NCBI GenBank assembly: GCA_964371835.1
Contig: CAYJOP010000001.1
Location: forward strand, 6,414-70,413
DNA length: 64,000 nt
Source: an uncultured Desulfovibrionaceae bacterium
GTDB taxonomy: Bacteria; Desulfobacterota; Desulfovibrionia; Desulfovibrionales; Desulfovibrionaceae
Direction of reading: 5' to 3'
Shown piece by piece: positions 17,238 through 26,700 of this stretch. The notes below the pieces were generated by a model, which was not told where the DNA came from, searched no databases, and saw only the letters and a list, made by a program, of their open reading frames with translations. Position 1 is the first letter of the stretch. Every line of letters begins with the position of its first letter. Position numbers and translations under genes: made by a program.

Positions 17238-18079
17238 TGAATAGTAATAAAATATTTTTTTTCAGAAAGTTAAAGAAACACTTGATGTTTTTGTTGGGTT
17301 TTAGTTTAGTTGCTGTCATGTCATTGGCTGCGCTTCTTGCACCATGGTTTGCACCATATGACCCAACTCAATTGCACCTTGACGCAATATTATTACCACC
17401 TTGCGATGCTTTTCCTCTTGGTACTGACCAATTAGGGCGAGATGTGCTCTCGCGTTTACTATATGGTGGGCGTATTTCACTTTGGGTTGGTTTTGTAGCC
17501 GTTGGCATATCCATTGCCATTGGTTTATTTCTTGGCTTAATTGCTGGTTATTTTGGTGGACTTGTGGATGAAATGGTAATGCGTGGTGTTGATATAATGC
17601 TCTGTTTTCCATCATTTTTTCTAATTCTTGCCATTATTGCATTTTTAGAGCCAAGTTTGACAAATATAATGATTGTAATTGGCTTTACATCATGGATGGG
17701 AGTTGCAAGGTTAGTTAGGGCTGAAACCTTGAGTCTTAGGGAACGTGATTTTGTATGCGCAGCACGCCTTTGCGGAGCTTCAAGTAAGCGCATATTAGGT
17801 GTACACATTTTTCCAAATGCTCTAAGTCCTGTGCTTGTATCTGCCACTCTTGGCATTGCAGGTGCAATACTTATTGAATCATCTTTAAGCTTTTTAGGTC
17901 TTGGGGTACAGCCTCCCATACCAAGCTGGGGCAATATGTTACTTGAAGGAAAAAATGTTTTGGAAATAGCACCTTGGATGTCATTATATCCAGGGCTTGC
18001 CATATTAATTACTGTACTTGGCTACAATTTACTTGGTGAAAGTCTGCGTGACATTTTAGACCCAAGACTAAGCAGGTGA
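17237..18079 (+). CDS. ABC transporter permease, DppC/OppC type
   Basis: PLGTDQLGRDVLSRLLYGGRISL and RERDFVCAARLCGASSKRILGVHIFPNALSPVLV. The start overlaps the upstream stop (TAATG). Confidence 0.9.
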   Translation: MNSNKIFFFRKLKKHLMFLLGFSLVAVMSLAALLAPWFAPYDPTQLHLDAILLPPCDAFPLGTDQLGRDVLSRLLYGGRISLWVGFVAVGISIAIGLFLGLIAGYFGGLVDEMVMRGVDIMLCFPSFFLILAIIAFLEPSLTNIMIVIGFTSWMGVARLVRAETLSLRERDFVCAARLCGASSKRILGVHIFPNALSPVLVSATLGIAGAILIESSLSFLGLGVQPPIPSWGNMLLEGKNVLEIAPWMSLYPGLAILITVLGYNLLGESLRDILDPRLSR

Positions 18080-18091
18080 TTAGGACGTAAT

Positions 18092-19648
18092 ATGCTTGAA
18101 TTTTTAAGAGTTCAGGGCCTTGCCCTCATTGAAAATATGCAACTTGAGTTTAGTTCTGGAATAAATGCACTTACTGGCGAAACAGGAGCTGGTAAAAGCT
18201 TTATATTAAAGGCTATTAATTTTCTTTTAGGCGAAAAAATGACTGCCGATATGGTGCGTCAAGGTTATGAAAAAGCTCAAGTGGAGGCCATATTCATCCA
18301 CAATGGTGAGGAACTTTTGCTACGTCGTGAACTTGTGGCAGAAACAGGCCGCAGTAGACTATATATTAATGATGCACTTAGCTCACAAGAATCAGTGCGT
18401 GAGCTTCGTCCAAACCTTATCGTACACACAAGTCAGCATGGCCAACAAAAGCTTCTACAGCAAAGCTATCAAGCGGCGCTTATTGATAATTTTTTACCAG
18501 ATAAAAGTCTTTTTGAGCAAAGGGATGCAGAACTTGGCGATTTACAAAAACTTTGCGCTGAACGTGAAGACATGCAAGCTAAATACAATGCCCTTGCGGA
18601 GCGGCGTGAACTTTTAGAAATGCAGCAAAATGAAATAGATAAAGTTGCTCCAGAGCCAAACGAAGAAGAAAAGCTTGAAGCCATGCGCTCTGAAGCAAGG
18701 CAGGTTTCAGATCAAGTAACTAGCTTTGAAACTGCCCTTGCCCTACTACATGGTGATGATGGTCCTGGACTTTTGGAAATTTTAGGTAGTTTTGAGCGTC
18801 AAATTGAAAATATCTGCCTACATGACCCCAAATTTAAAGAAGACTTATACGCTGTGTCTGCCTTGAGAGAGCTTTTGCCGCATATGGAATCTCGCATGCG
18901 TAAAATGCCGCAGGCATCAGAATTTGATATGGACAAACTTGAGTCGCGCTTATATGCTCTTGCTCAGCTAAAGCGAAAGTTAAACCGCCCTCTTGAAGAA
19001 ATACTTAAACTACGCACAGAAATATCTGAAAATATATCTTTTCTTGATTCTTGCGCACTTGACCTTAAGCAACTTGAACGTAAAGAACAAGAACTCACAG
19101 AAAAACTTAAAGCAACGCTTGCTAAGTTAATCCCAATGCGCCGTGAATCCGCTAAAACATTCAGTTTAGAGCTTGAGCAAGCTTTAGCTGGTTTAGGGTT
19201 TTCAAACGAGGTGCGAGTTATTATTGATTTTACACCTCAAGTGTTATGGGCTGGTATTGAAGATGAAAAAGCTCGCATTTTTTGGGCACCAAATCCTGGT
19301 CAAACTCCGCAACCGCTTGATAAAATTGCATCTGGTGGTGAACTTTCACGTTTTTTGCTAGCTCTTGTAAGTATTCAAACTACCAATGAAAATGCCACCT
19401 ATATTTTTGATGAAGTGGACGCAGGCATTGGGGGCATGACTTTACATAAAGTTGCTGACCGTCTACAACTGCTCGCAAAAAATAGACAAATGTTACTAAT
19501 TACCCATTGGCCACAGCTTGCAAGTCATGCCACAAAACATTTTTATGTATCAAAATTTGAAAATGATGGAAATACCTTTACCCAATGTAAAGCCTTAAAT
19601 GAAAATGAACGTGAAGTTGAACTTAAACGTATGACTGGTGAGGTTTAA
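18092..19648 (+). CDS. recN: DNA repair protein RecN
   Basis: N-terminus MLEFLRVQGLALIENMQLEFSSGINALTGETGAGKSFIL. Coiled-coil middle. C-terminal ASGGELSRFLLAL and IFDEVDAGIGG. Confidence 0.9.
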   Translation: MLEFLRVQGLALIENMQLEFSSGINALTGETGAGKSFILKAINFLLGEKMTADMVRQGYEKAQVEAIFIHNGEELLLRRELVAETGRSRLYINDALSSQESVRELRPNLIVHTSQHGQQKLLQQSYQAALIDNFLPDKSLFEQRDAELGDLQKLCAEREDMQAKYNALAERRELLEMQQNEIDKVAPEPNEEEKLEAMRSEARQVSDQVTSFETALALLHGDDGPGLLEILGSFERQIENICLHDPKFKEDLYAVSALRELLPHMESRMRKMPQASEFDMDKLESRLYALAQLKRKLNRPLEEILKLRTEISENISFLDSCALDLKQLERKEQELTEKLKATLAKLIPMRRESAKTFSLELEQALAGLGFSNEVRVIIDFTPQVLWAGIEDEKARIFWAPNPGQTPQPLDKIASGGELSRFLLALVSIQTTNENATYIFDEVDAGIGGMTLHKVADRLQLLAKNRQMLLITHWPQLASHATKHFYVSKFENDGNTFTQCKALNENEREVELKRMTGEV

Positions 19649-19758
19649 TTGTATTTACAAAATGGTCGAAGCTGAAAAAGTCATTTTTCAATGATTTTTT
19701 ATTGTTCCATAGTCCGAAAGCTTTGCTTGCCTTTTTTCAAATTGTTTATGTCTAAAAT

Positions 19759-19966
19759 AAGAGTCCTGCACAATTATTTTTTAGTTCTATTTTTGTGCTT
19801 TTGCAGTAAATTTGCATTTACTTGAAAATGCACTTATGCAGAACAAAAACCATAAAAATCAATTGTTTAACGGCGAAACAAAGCTCCGCCTATTCTTGAT
19901 TTTTGGTCGCATTGACTATCGTCAACGCTCCAAAAGACTCCACACAATGAATTGTGCAAGAGTCTT
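19759..19966 (+). repeat. MITE-like repeat, family 1, copy B
   Basis: Inverted relative to copy A. TIRs AAGAGTCCTGCACAATT / AATTGTGCAAGAGTCTT. A terminal hairpin AAGACTC..CACAAT-GA-ATTGTG..GAGTCTT is present. The 68-aa ORF at 19812..20018 lies inside it and is judged spurious. Confidence 0.75.
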
Positions 19967-20194
19967 AAAATTTCAAAACATTTTTAAATACGCTTTACAT
20001 CAAGCTTTAAAAATATAACTATTATATTTTATTATGCTATTATTACATATAATTAGCATTTTTTTTTCATTCAGCACCTTCACATAATTCTTTTTGCAAC
20101 TTATATTATAAACGTGCAAATTGTACACATAGCATTGTCATACCTCCATTCATTGAATGACATTTTGCATGACAATGTTTTATAAGGAGAATTT

Positions 20195-21637
20195 ATGATT
20201 AAATTACGCAGCCTTGCAGTATATTTTATCCTTTGCGCAATGTTGGTTACTGCTAACATGGCACAAGCATCAAGTTTACCAGATTTTACAAACCTTGCTG
20301 AAAAAGCAGGTGAAGCTGTAGTTAACATAGGTACAGAAAAATTGACCCCCAAGGGGCAACGACGTGGATTTAATGAGCTTTTTCGCAATGCCCCTCCTGG
20401 ATTTGAGAAGTTTTTTGAACAATTTGACCAATTTCATCAAAATCAACCTCAGCGTAAACAACGCTCACTAGGCTCAGGCTTTATTGTTTCTGCTGATGGC
20501 TACATAGTGACCAACTATCATGTGGTTGCAAATGCTGATATCATTAATGTAAATCTTCAAGGTGCCACAGGTAAGGCTGACTCCATACCAGCAACCCTAA
20601 TTGGATCAGATGAAGAAACCGACATTGCCCTACTCAAAGTTGATGTTAAGGAAAAATTGCCCTTTTTAACCTTTGCTAACTCTGACAAAGCAAAAGTTGG
20701 CGAATGGGTACTTGCCATCGGAAATCCCTTTGGCCTTGAACATACTGTAACTGCTGGAATTTTATCCGCAAAAGGCCGTAATATTAACGCTGGCCCCTTT
20801 GATAATTTTTTACAAACTGATGCCTCCATCAACCCAGGTAATAGCGGCGGACCATTGCTTAACATGGCTGGAGAAGTTGTTGGCATAAACACCGCTATCA
20901 TTGCATCTGGCCAAGGCATTGGCTTTGCCATTCCAAGTTCCATGGCCTCACAAATCACAGAACAATTAAAGAGTGGTAAAAAAGTTAGCCGTGGTTGGAT
21001 TGGTGTAACAATACAAAATCTTGATGAAAATTCAGCCAAAGCCCTTGGGCTTGATAAAGCAGAAGGCGCACTGATTGGCAATGTTATGCCTGGTGAACCC
21101 GCAGATTTAGGTGGCATTAAAGCTGGAGATGTAATTATTGCTGTTAACGGTAAGCCCGTTAGTGATTCTTCTGAATTATTACGAGCCATTGCCGCTGAAA
21201 AGCCAAATAGCAAAGCAAAAGTTACCGTGCTTCGTAATGGCGATAAAAAGGAACTAACCATAACACTTGGAGAACGCTCTCAAGACCAACTAAATGCTCA
21301 ACGTGGCGGAACCAATACGCCTAGCAAGGAGCATGAAGCTGCAAGTCTTGGCATAGCTGTTCGCCCTCTTACTGTAGATGAAGCACGTCAATTGGAAATT
21401 CCTAAGGGACAAGGCTTATTAATTGTTGATGTTGAGCAAGGCAAATCTGCTGCAGAAGCTGGTTTGCGCTCAGGCGACGTAATTCTTGCTGCCAATATGG
21501 TACCCATAAAGACTACTCAAGATCTTGCAAAAATCATTAAAGAAGTAAGCAAACGTGGTGCTGTAATGTTGCAAATTAGCCGCCGTGGTGATACCTTCTT
21601 AAGAGCTGTACCACTTGGAAAAAATAGCAAAAAATAG
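20195..21637 (+). CDS. htrA: Periplasmic serine endoprotease DegP/HtrA family (protease plus two PDZ domains)
   Basis: Signal peptide ending ANMAQAS. Catalytic triad context TNYHVV, DIALLKV and GNSGGPLLN. Two PDZ-like regions. AAGGAGA before the ATG. Confidence 0.92.
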   Translation: MIKLRSLAVYFILCAMLVTANMAQASSLPDFTNLAEKAGEAVVNIGTEKLTPKGQRRGFNELFRNAPPGFEKFFEQFDQFHQNQPQRKQRSLGSGFIVSADGYIVTNYHVVANADIINVNLQGATGKADSIPATLIGSDEETDIALLKVDVKEKLPFLTFANSDKAKVGEWVLAIGNPFGLEHTVTAGILSAKGRNINAGPFDNFLQTDASINPGNSGGPLLNMAGEVVGINTAIIASGQGIGFAIPSSMASQITEQLKSGKKVSRGWIGVTIQNLDENSAKALGLDKAEGALIGNVMPGEPADLGGIKAGDVIIAVNGKPVSDSSELLRAIAAEKPNSKAKVTVLRNGDKKELTITLGERSQDQLNAQRGGTNTPSKEHEAASLGIAVRPLTVDEARQLEIPKGQGLLIVDVEQGKSAAEAGLRSGDVILAANMVPIKTTQDLAKIIKEVSKRGAVMLQISRRGDTFLRAVPLGKNSKK

Positions 21638-21660
21638 TTAAACAATCACTTTAAACAAAA

Positions 21661-21692
21661 GCCCCATTTGGTACGTCATTTGGGGCTTTTAT
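21661..21692 (+). terminator. Probable terminator after htrA
   Basis: GCCCCA (21661-21666) / TGGGGC (21681-21686) with a 14-nt loop, followed by TTTTATTATATTT. Confidence 0.5.
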
Positions 21693-21708
21693 TATATTTG
21701 GAGGAAAT

Positions 21709-23349
21709 ATGACCGCACATCCACATGCTGGTAAATTACCAACCCCACACATGCTTTGTAATATTCCAGAACTCATGTCAGCATACTATACAGAATTTCC
21801 TTCACCAAACATAGCCTCTGAGCGTGTTAGCTTTGGTACATCAGGACATAGAGGGACATCATTAAAGCATAGTTTTAACGAAGAGCATATCTATGCCATA
21901 GCTCAAGCTGTTTGTGACTATCGCAAAAATAACCAAATATCTGGACCACTTTTCCTTGGTTTAGACAGTCACGCACTTTCCGAAGCCGCATATCGCTCCA
22001 CCCTTGAAGTGCTTGTAGCCAACAATGTACATGTATTTATTGCAAAAAATGGTGGATACACTCCTACTCCAGTAATTTCACATGCGATTATTACTTGGAA
22101 CAGGAAAAATCCAACAAAACTTGCTGATGGTATAGTCATAACTCCATCACACAATCCACCTCAAGATGGCGGATTTAAATACAATCCACCACATGGCGGA
22201 CCCGCTGAGAGCACCATAACTCAAGCAATTGAAAATAAAGCCAATGAGCTTCTTGCAAGAGATAATGTAGACGTACATTTAGTGCATCTTAGCGCTGTGC
22301 GTAGCTCCCCGCTTGTGCAAGAATTTGATATGTTAGGAAATTACATAGTAGATTTGGAAAATGTTATTGACATGCAAGCCATAGCAAACTCTGGGCTAAA
22401 GCTTGGTGTTGACCCACTAGGCGGCGCAAGCCTCAATTACTGGGAGCCCATTGCACAGCACTATAAACTAAATATAAATGTGGAAAATAAAAATTTTGAT
22501 CCAACCTTTAGCTTTGTATCTTGTGATAAAGACGGCAAAATCCGCATGGATTGCTCATCCGTCTATGCCATGAACTCACTACTAAGTATCAAGGATAAAT
22601 ACGATCTATCCTTTGGATGCGACCCAGATGCAGACAGACATGGTATAGTTACTCCAGCTGGACTTATGAATCCAAACCACTACCTTGCCGCTGTTACATC
22701 TTACATCTTCAAAACACGTCCCAAATGGGGTAAAAATGTGGGCATTGGAAAAACACTTGTAACATCAGCCATGCTTGACCGTGTGGGCAAGGCAGAAGGT
22801 AGGAATATTGTTGAAATGCCCGTTGGATTTAAGTGGTTTGTACCATTTTTACAAGAAGGAACTTGCGGCCTCGCCTGTGAAGAAAGCGCAGGTGCATCAA
22901 TATTACGCAAAAATGGTACAGCTTGGACCACAGATAAAGACGGCATTGTACTTTGCCTTTTAGCCGCAGAAATGACCGCAAAAGAGCAAACACCTGATAA
23001 AATATACGCCAAGCTCATCCAAAAACATGGTGAGTCCTTCTACCAACGCCTTGATGCACCTGCAAGTGAACACACACGCACAACCCTGCTAAATATAAAT
23101 AAAGATCAAATATGCATTGATACTGCCGCAGGCGATAAAATTAACCAGATTTTAACTCATGCAGCTGGTAATAACGCTGCCATTGGCGGAGTTAAAATTT
23201 CAACCCAAAACGGCTGGTTTGCCATTCGCCCATCTGGTACAGAAGATATTTGCAAAATTTATTCAGAAAGCTTTAAAGATGAAAAACATTTAGCATGCTT
23301 ACAACAAGATGCCATAGCATTACTTGAAGTATTAGTTAAAGAATGTTAA
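21709..23349 (+). CDS. pgm: Phosphoglucomutase (alpha-D-glucose phosphate-specific)
   Basis: FGTSGHRG. Active-site loop TPSHNPPQDGGFKYNPPHGGPA. GCDPDADRHG. 546 aa, as for E. coli-type Pgm. Confidence 0.92.
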   Translation: MTAHPHAGKLPTPHMLCNIPELMSAYYTEFPSPNIASERVSFGTSGHRGTSLKHSFNEEHIYAIAQAVCDYRKNNQISGPLFLGLDSHALSEAAYRSTLEVLVANNVHVFIAKNGGYTPTPVISHAIITWNRKNPTKLADGIVITPSHNPPQDGGFKYNPPHGGPAESTITQAIENKANELLARDNVDVHLVHLSAVRSSPLVQEFDMLGNYIVDLENVIDMQAIANSGLKLGVDPLGGASLNYWEPIAQHYKLNINVENKNFDPTFSFVSCDKDGKIRMDCSSVYAMNSLLSIKDKYDLSFGCDPDADRHGIVTPAGLMNPNHYLAAVTSYIFKTRPKWGKNVGIGKTLVTSAMLDRVGKAEGRNIVEMPVGFKWFVPFLQEGTCGLACEESAGASILRKNGTAWTTDKDGIVLCLLAAEMTAKEQTPDKIYAKLIQKHGESFYQRLDAPASEHTRTTLLNINKDQICIDTAAGDKINQILTHAAGNNAAIGGVKISTQNGWFAIRPSGTEDICKIYSESFKDEKHLACLQQDAIALLEVLVKEC

Positions 23350-23408
23350 TATTTTAAGTATATTTTTTTGTTTTTTATCTATTTATTGTCTATTTACTTT
23401 CTGTTTAT

Positions 23409-23648
23409 TCTGGGGGAAGGGAAATTTTTATAAAAATTTCCCTTCCCCCAGACCCCCATCCCTTAAAAATTTTTAACGCCTCATTGTCTTTGGCAATGAG
23501 GAAGTTATGTTTTCAACCTTACCCTCTCTGTTGCAGCAAAAAACTATCTTTCAAAGCTTACACATTGTTGCTATTAAAGTTTTTTGGAAGGGGGGTCTGG
23601 GGGGAGAAACCTTTTGTCCACAAAAGTTTCCACCCAGTAGACTTTGTT
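23409..23648 (-). repeat. Repeat family 2, copy C (full length, hairpin plus CCCCCAGACCCCC at both ends)
   Basis: Left end is a perfect 38-nt palindrome at 23412-23449, then CAGACCCCC. Right end reads GGGGGGTCTGGGGGG plus the hairpin GAAACCTTTTGTCCACAAAAGTTTC. The reverse complement aligns with 38470-38590. ORF 23484..23693 lies inside it and is judged spurious. Confidence 0.7.
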
Positions 23649-23651
23649 GAT

Positions 23652-23682
23652 AAAAAAAAGCCCCTATTTAGGGGCTTTTTTT
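23652..23682. terminator. Bidirectional rho-independent terminator between convergent pgm and the PpsA-like gene
   Basis: A8, then AGCCCCTA-TT-TAGGGGCT, then T7. Confidence 0.8.
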
Positions 23683-23702
23683 GCATATGTTAAACTAATA
23701 CT

Positions 23703-26700
23703 TTACCAAACTTTTTTGCGATATTCTTCTAATGCCTTCTTTTGTTCAGCAAAATCCTTAAATCCTGCCTGATTAAGTGCATCATTTACAGTGGTGTTCC
23801 AATCCCAAGTGGCATAAATGCTTGGCTTGTGATATTTATTACGGAATCTTTCAAGCTCATCACGGTAGAAGCCTTCTTTTGGAGTATCAAGGTGCTCTCT
23901 TAGTTTTTTGTGGCGGCGTTGCAATTCACCTTCGTACCACTCGCTAATATCCTGTGGTTTATTGAACTTTTTAAGAATGTGTTCATAACCTTCTTGCTCA
24001 AGCAATGCTGCAAGTTTATCGTGATGCTGTTTAATTAGCCATGCGCCTAGTTTATCGGTGGAGATATTTTCAGCTTCAATGGCGGCAATATCTTTTACAG
24101 TTTGATAATATGTATCTGGCACAACTGATGCCGATGCAATACCTGCGATGGCAACAAGACCGCGTATAATAAGACTATTGGATACACCCTGACCGCAGAA
24201 ACCGACTTTTTTGCCATACTTTTGACCTGTGAAGATGGTTACTAGCATGGCCCATACAACGGCTGGATCTTCTTCATCATAAATGTGCCCAAGACTTGCA
24301 TTATCTCGGTCAGTGGCAAGCACCATTTGTGTCATGTCATTGGAACCAATAGAAAATCCGTCAAATTCTTCAATAAATTGCTTTGCAAGAATGGCATTGG
24401 ACGGAATTTCTGACATAAGAATAATCTTTAAATCATCAGCACCAGATCTAACTTTATGCACTTGGTCAAGATAGCGGCGCATGGAGCGTGCTTCTTCCAT
24501 GGTACGAACAAATGGTAGCATCATTTGTAGGTTAGTACCACCATATACGCCACGAGCAAGCTTGAAGGCTTCAATTTCCCAGTCATGGATGTTACGAGAG
24601 ACACCACGATAACCAAGCATGGGGTTATCTTCAAGATTTTCAAAGAGATTACCACCAAGTAAGTTGCGGTATTCATTACTCTTAAAGTCAGTTGTGCGGT
24701 AGATAATGGTTTTACCATAAAAAGCCATGGCAAAGAGTGAAAGGTTTTGTGCAAGCGTTTGCACATAATGCTCCTTACCAGTGCGGAAACCTCGAGATTT
24801 AATAAGTGCACGAATTTTATCAATGAGGTTGTGCATTTCGTCCATTTCTTTTTTAAGACCTGTGCGTAGGCCCACTTCTTCGCGTAGTCTTGAGATATTA
24901 TCAAGTACACCTATAACAAATGGTAGGTCTTTTACTTTTTCAGTATGGTTTTCAATGGATGATTCAATTTCAGCACGGCGCTTAATATCTTCAGAGTCAG
25001 TAGGTGAAAGTAAAGCAAGTTCATCATCAAAACCCATAATAATACGCACATGATCACTAAGGTCATTGCTGGTTTTGATAATATCAATACGTCTGGTCGC
25101 CATTTCCAAGTGTTCATCAAGCTTATGCTCAAGGTCACGCATTTTGCGGTGCTTAAATAATACTTCTTCTGGCTCAAGGCTACTATCATCTGTATTAAGT
25201 TTATTAATTTCGCTATTAAAACCAGTGATTTCGCCAACATATTCACGAATTTTAAGGTCGGAAACAACTAAGCCTGCAGCAATTTGTTCACGCAAGACTT
25301 TAGAAAGTCTATTTTCCATTTCCTTAATTTGCTTTTGAACAACACCCTCAAGCGTACCATTGTCATATGCTTCTAAGGCTGAGGGGTGAATGCTAATATT
25401 ACCAAGCATAAATTCAGCACGCAAAAGGCCAACTTCAAAGGCAGCTAAGTCACGCAAGCGTGATAAAAATAGAGCTTGACCAACGTCGGCAAGCACTAAG
25501 CCTACCTTGGTTTTGGTTGGTGGCAGCTCAGATAAGTCCATTTCACCGCCAACTTCATGCAATGGAAGAAGACCACGGTAAACACGACCAGTTGTTCCAT
25601 CAACGGTAACTTCTGTATTATCTAGCGCGCGCAATTTATCAAGACGTTGAATACCAATTACAGCTGCAATGCCAAGTTCACGAGAGGTAATTGCAGCATG
25701 ACTTGTGTCACCACCAACATCAGCCAAGATGGCAGAAGCAATACGCATACCAGGAACCATATCAGGATCTGTACGTTCAGCTGCCAAGATGTCACCCTTG
25801 GAAATTTTATTAAGCTCAAGGGCTGAACGCAAGTATTTTACTGTGCCCTGCCCTGCACCTCGGGAGGCGCCGTTGCCTTCCATAATAAGCTCAGCTTCAG
25901 CAGCAGCTTTTGGGTCTACCTCATGACGACGCATGAATATAGTATCTGGATATTGTTCTAATTCTTCATTCCAGCGAGTTTCAGGCCTTGCTTGTACAAA
26001 CCATAGCTTGTCTTTGGCATCAATACAAAATTCAGTATCCATTATCATGCCATCATAGGCTGCGCTAACTGCACGCACACCCTTTGCCACAAGCTCTGCT
26101 TGACTAAGTGAAAGGGCCCAGCGCAGAGCTTCAAGCTCAGGAACTTCAACCTCTTTAGTGCCGCCTTTTTCGTCGTAGATAATTTTCATATCCTTACAAC
26201 CCATTTGGCGAATTACCACTTCTGAGCCATCATCACGCTGGAATACATAGAGTTTATCAGGGGTAACCTTACCACCAACAACAGCTTCACCAAGGCCATA
26301 GCTAGCATCTATGCTAACTAAATCTTTACGAACAGTACCACGACAACCGGTAGCAGTATCTGCAGAAAAAGCAGTACCAGAAACCACAGGATTAATCATT
26401 TGCATCATACATACAGAAAGAGATGTATGCTCAATGGCCCATTCTTTCTTTGCAATTTCTGCAATACTTTGGTCGCCCACTTCCTCAGCTTTAGCAAGTG
26501 CGTCAAGTATTGCTTCACGACGATACGTCATGGAGCGAAGGTTATAGGCTGAGGCACAATCCCAATGGTAGGCTTGAGTAACTTTTTCTGGACCAACCAT
26601 ATTAAGGTAAGTATCTTGAAGGCCAGCAAAGGCTTTTTTGCGTGAATCTTCACCTGCCGCAGAAGAACGCACAGCAACTGGCACAAGATCGCCTTCATTT

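Noticed and set aside
19812-20018. 68-aa ORF
   Set aside because: It lies within MITE-like copy B. The frame is not preserved in copy A, which has indels and an 80-bp insertion.
20557-21261. 234-aa ORF antisense to htrA. Also other long antisense or alternate-frame ORFs: 17548..18003, 24521..24910, 24932..25267, 44449..44886, 45759..46133, 49653..50093 and 61726..62325.
   Set aside because: Each is fully embedded in a gene with strong family-level motifs on the other strand or frame. None shows a recognisable family or ribosome-binding site.
23484-23693. 69-aa ORF
   Set aside because: It lies inside repeat family 2 copy C and runs through the bidirectional terminator. The corresponding frame is not preserved in copy D.
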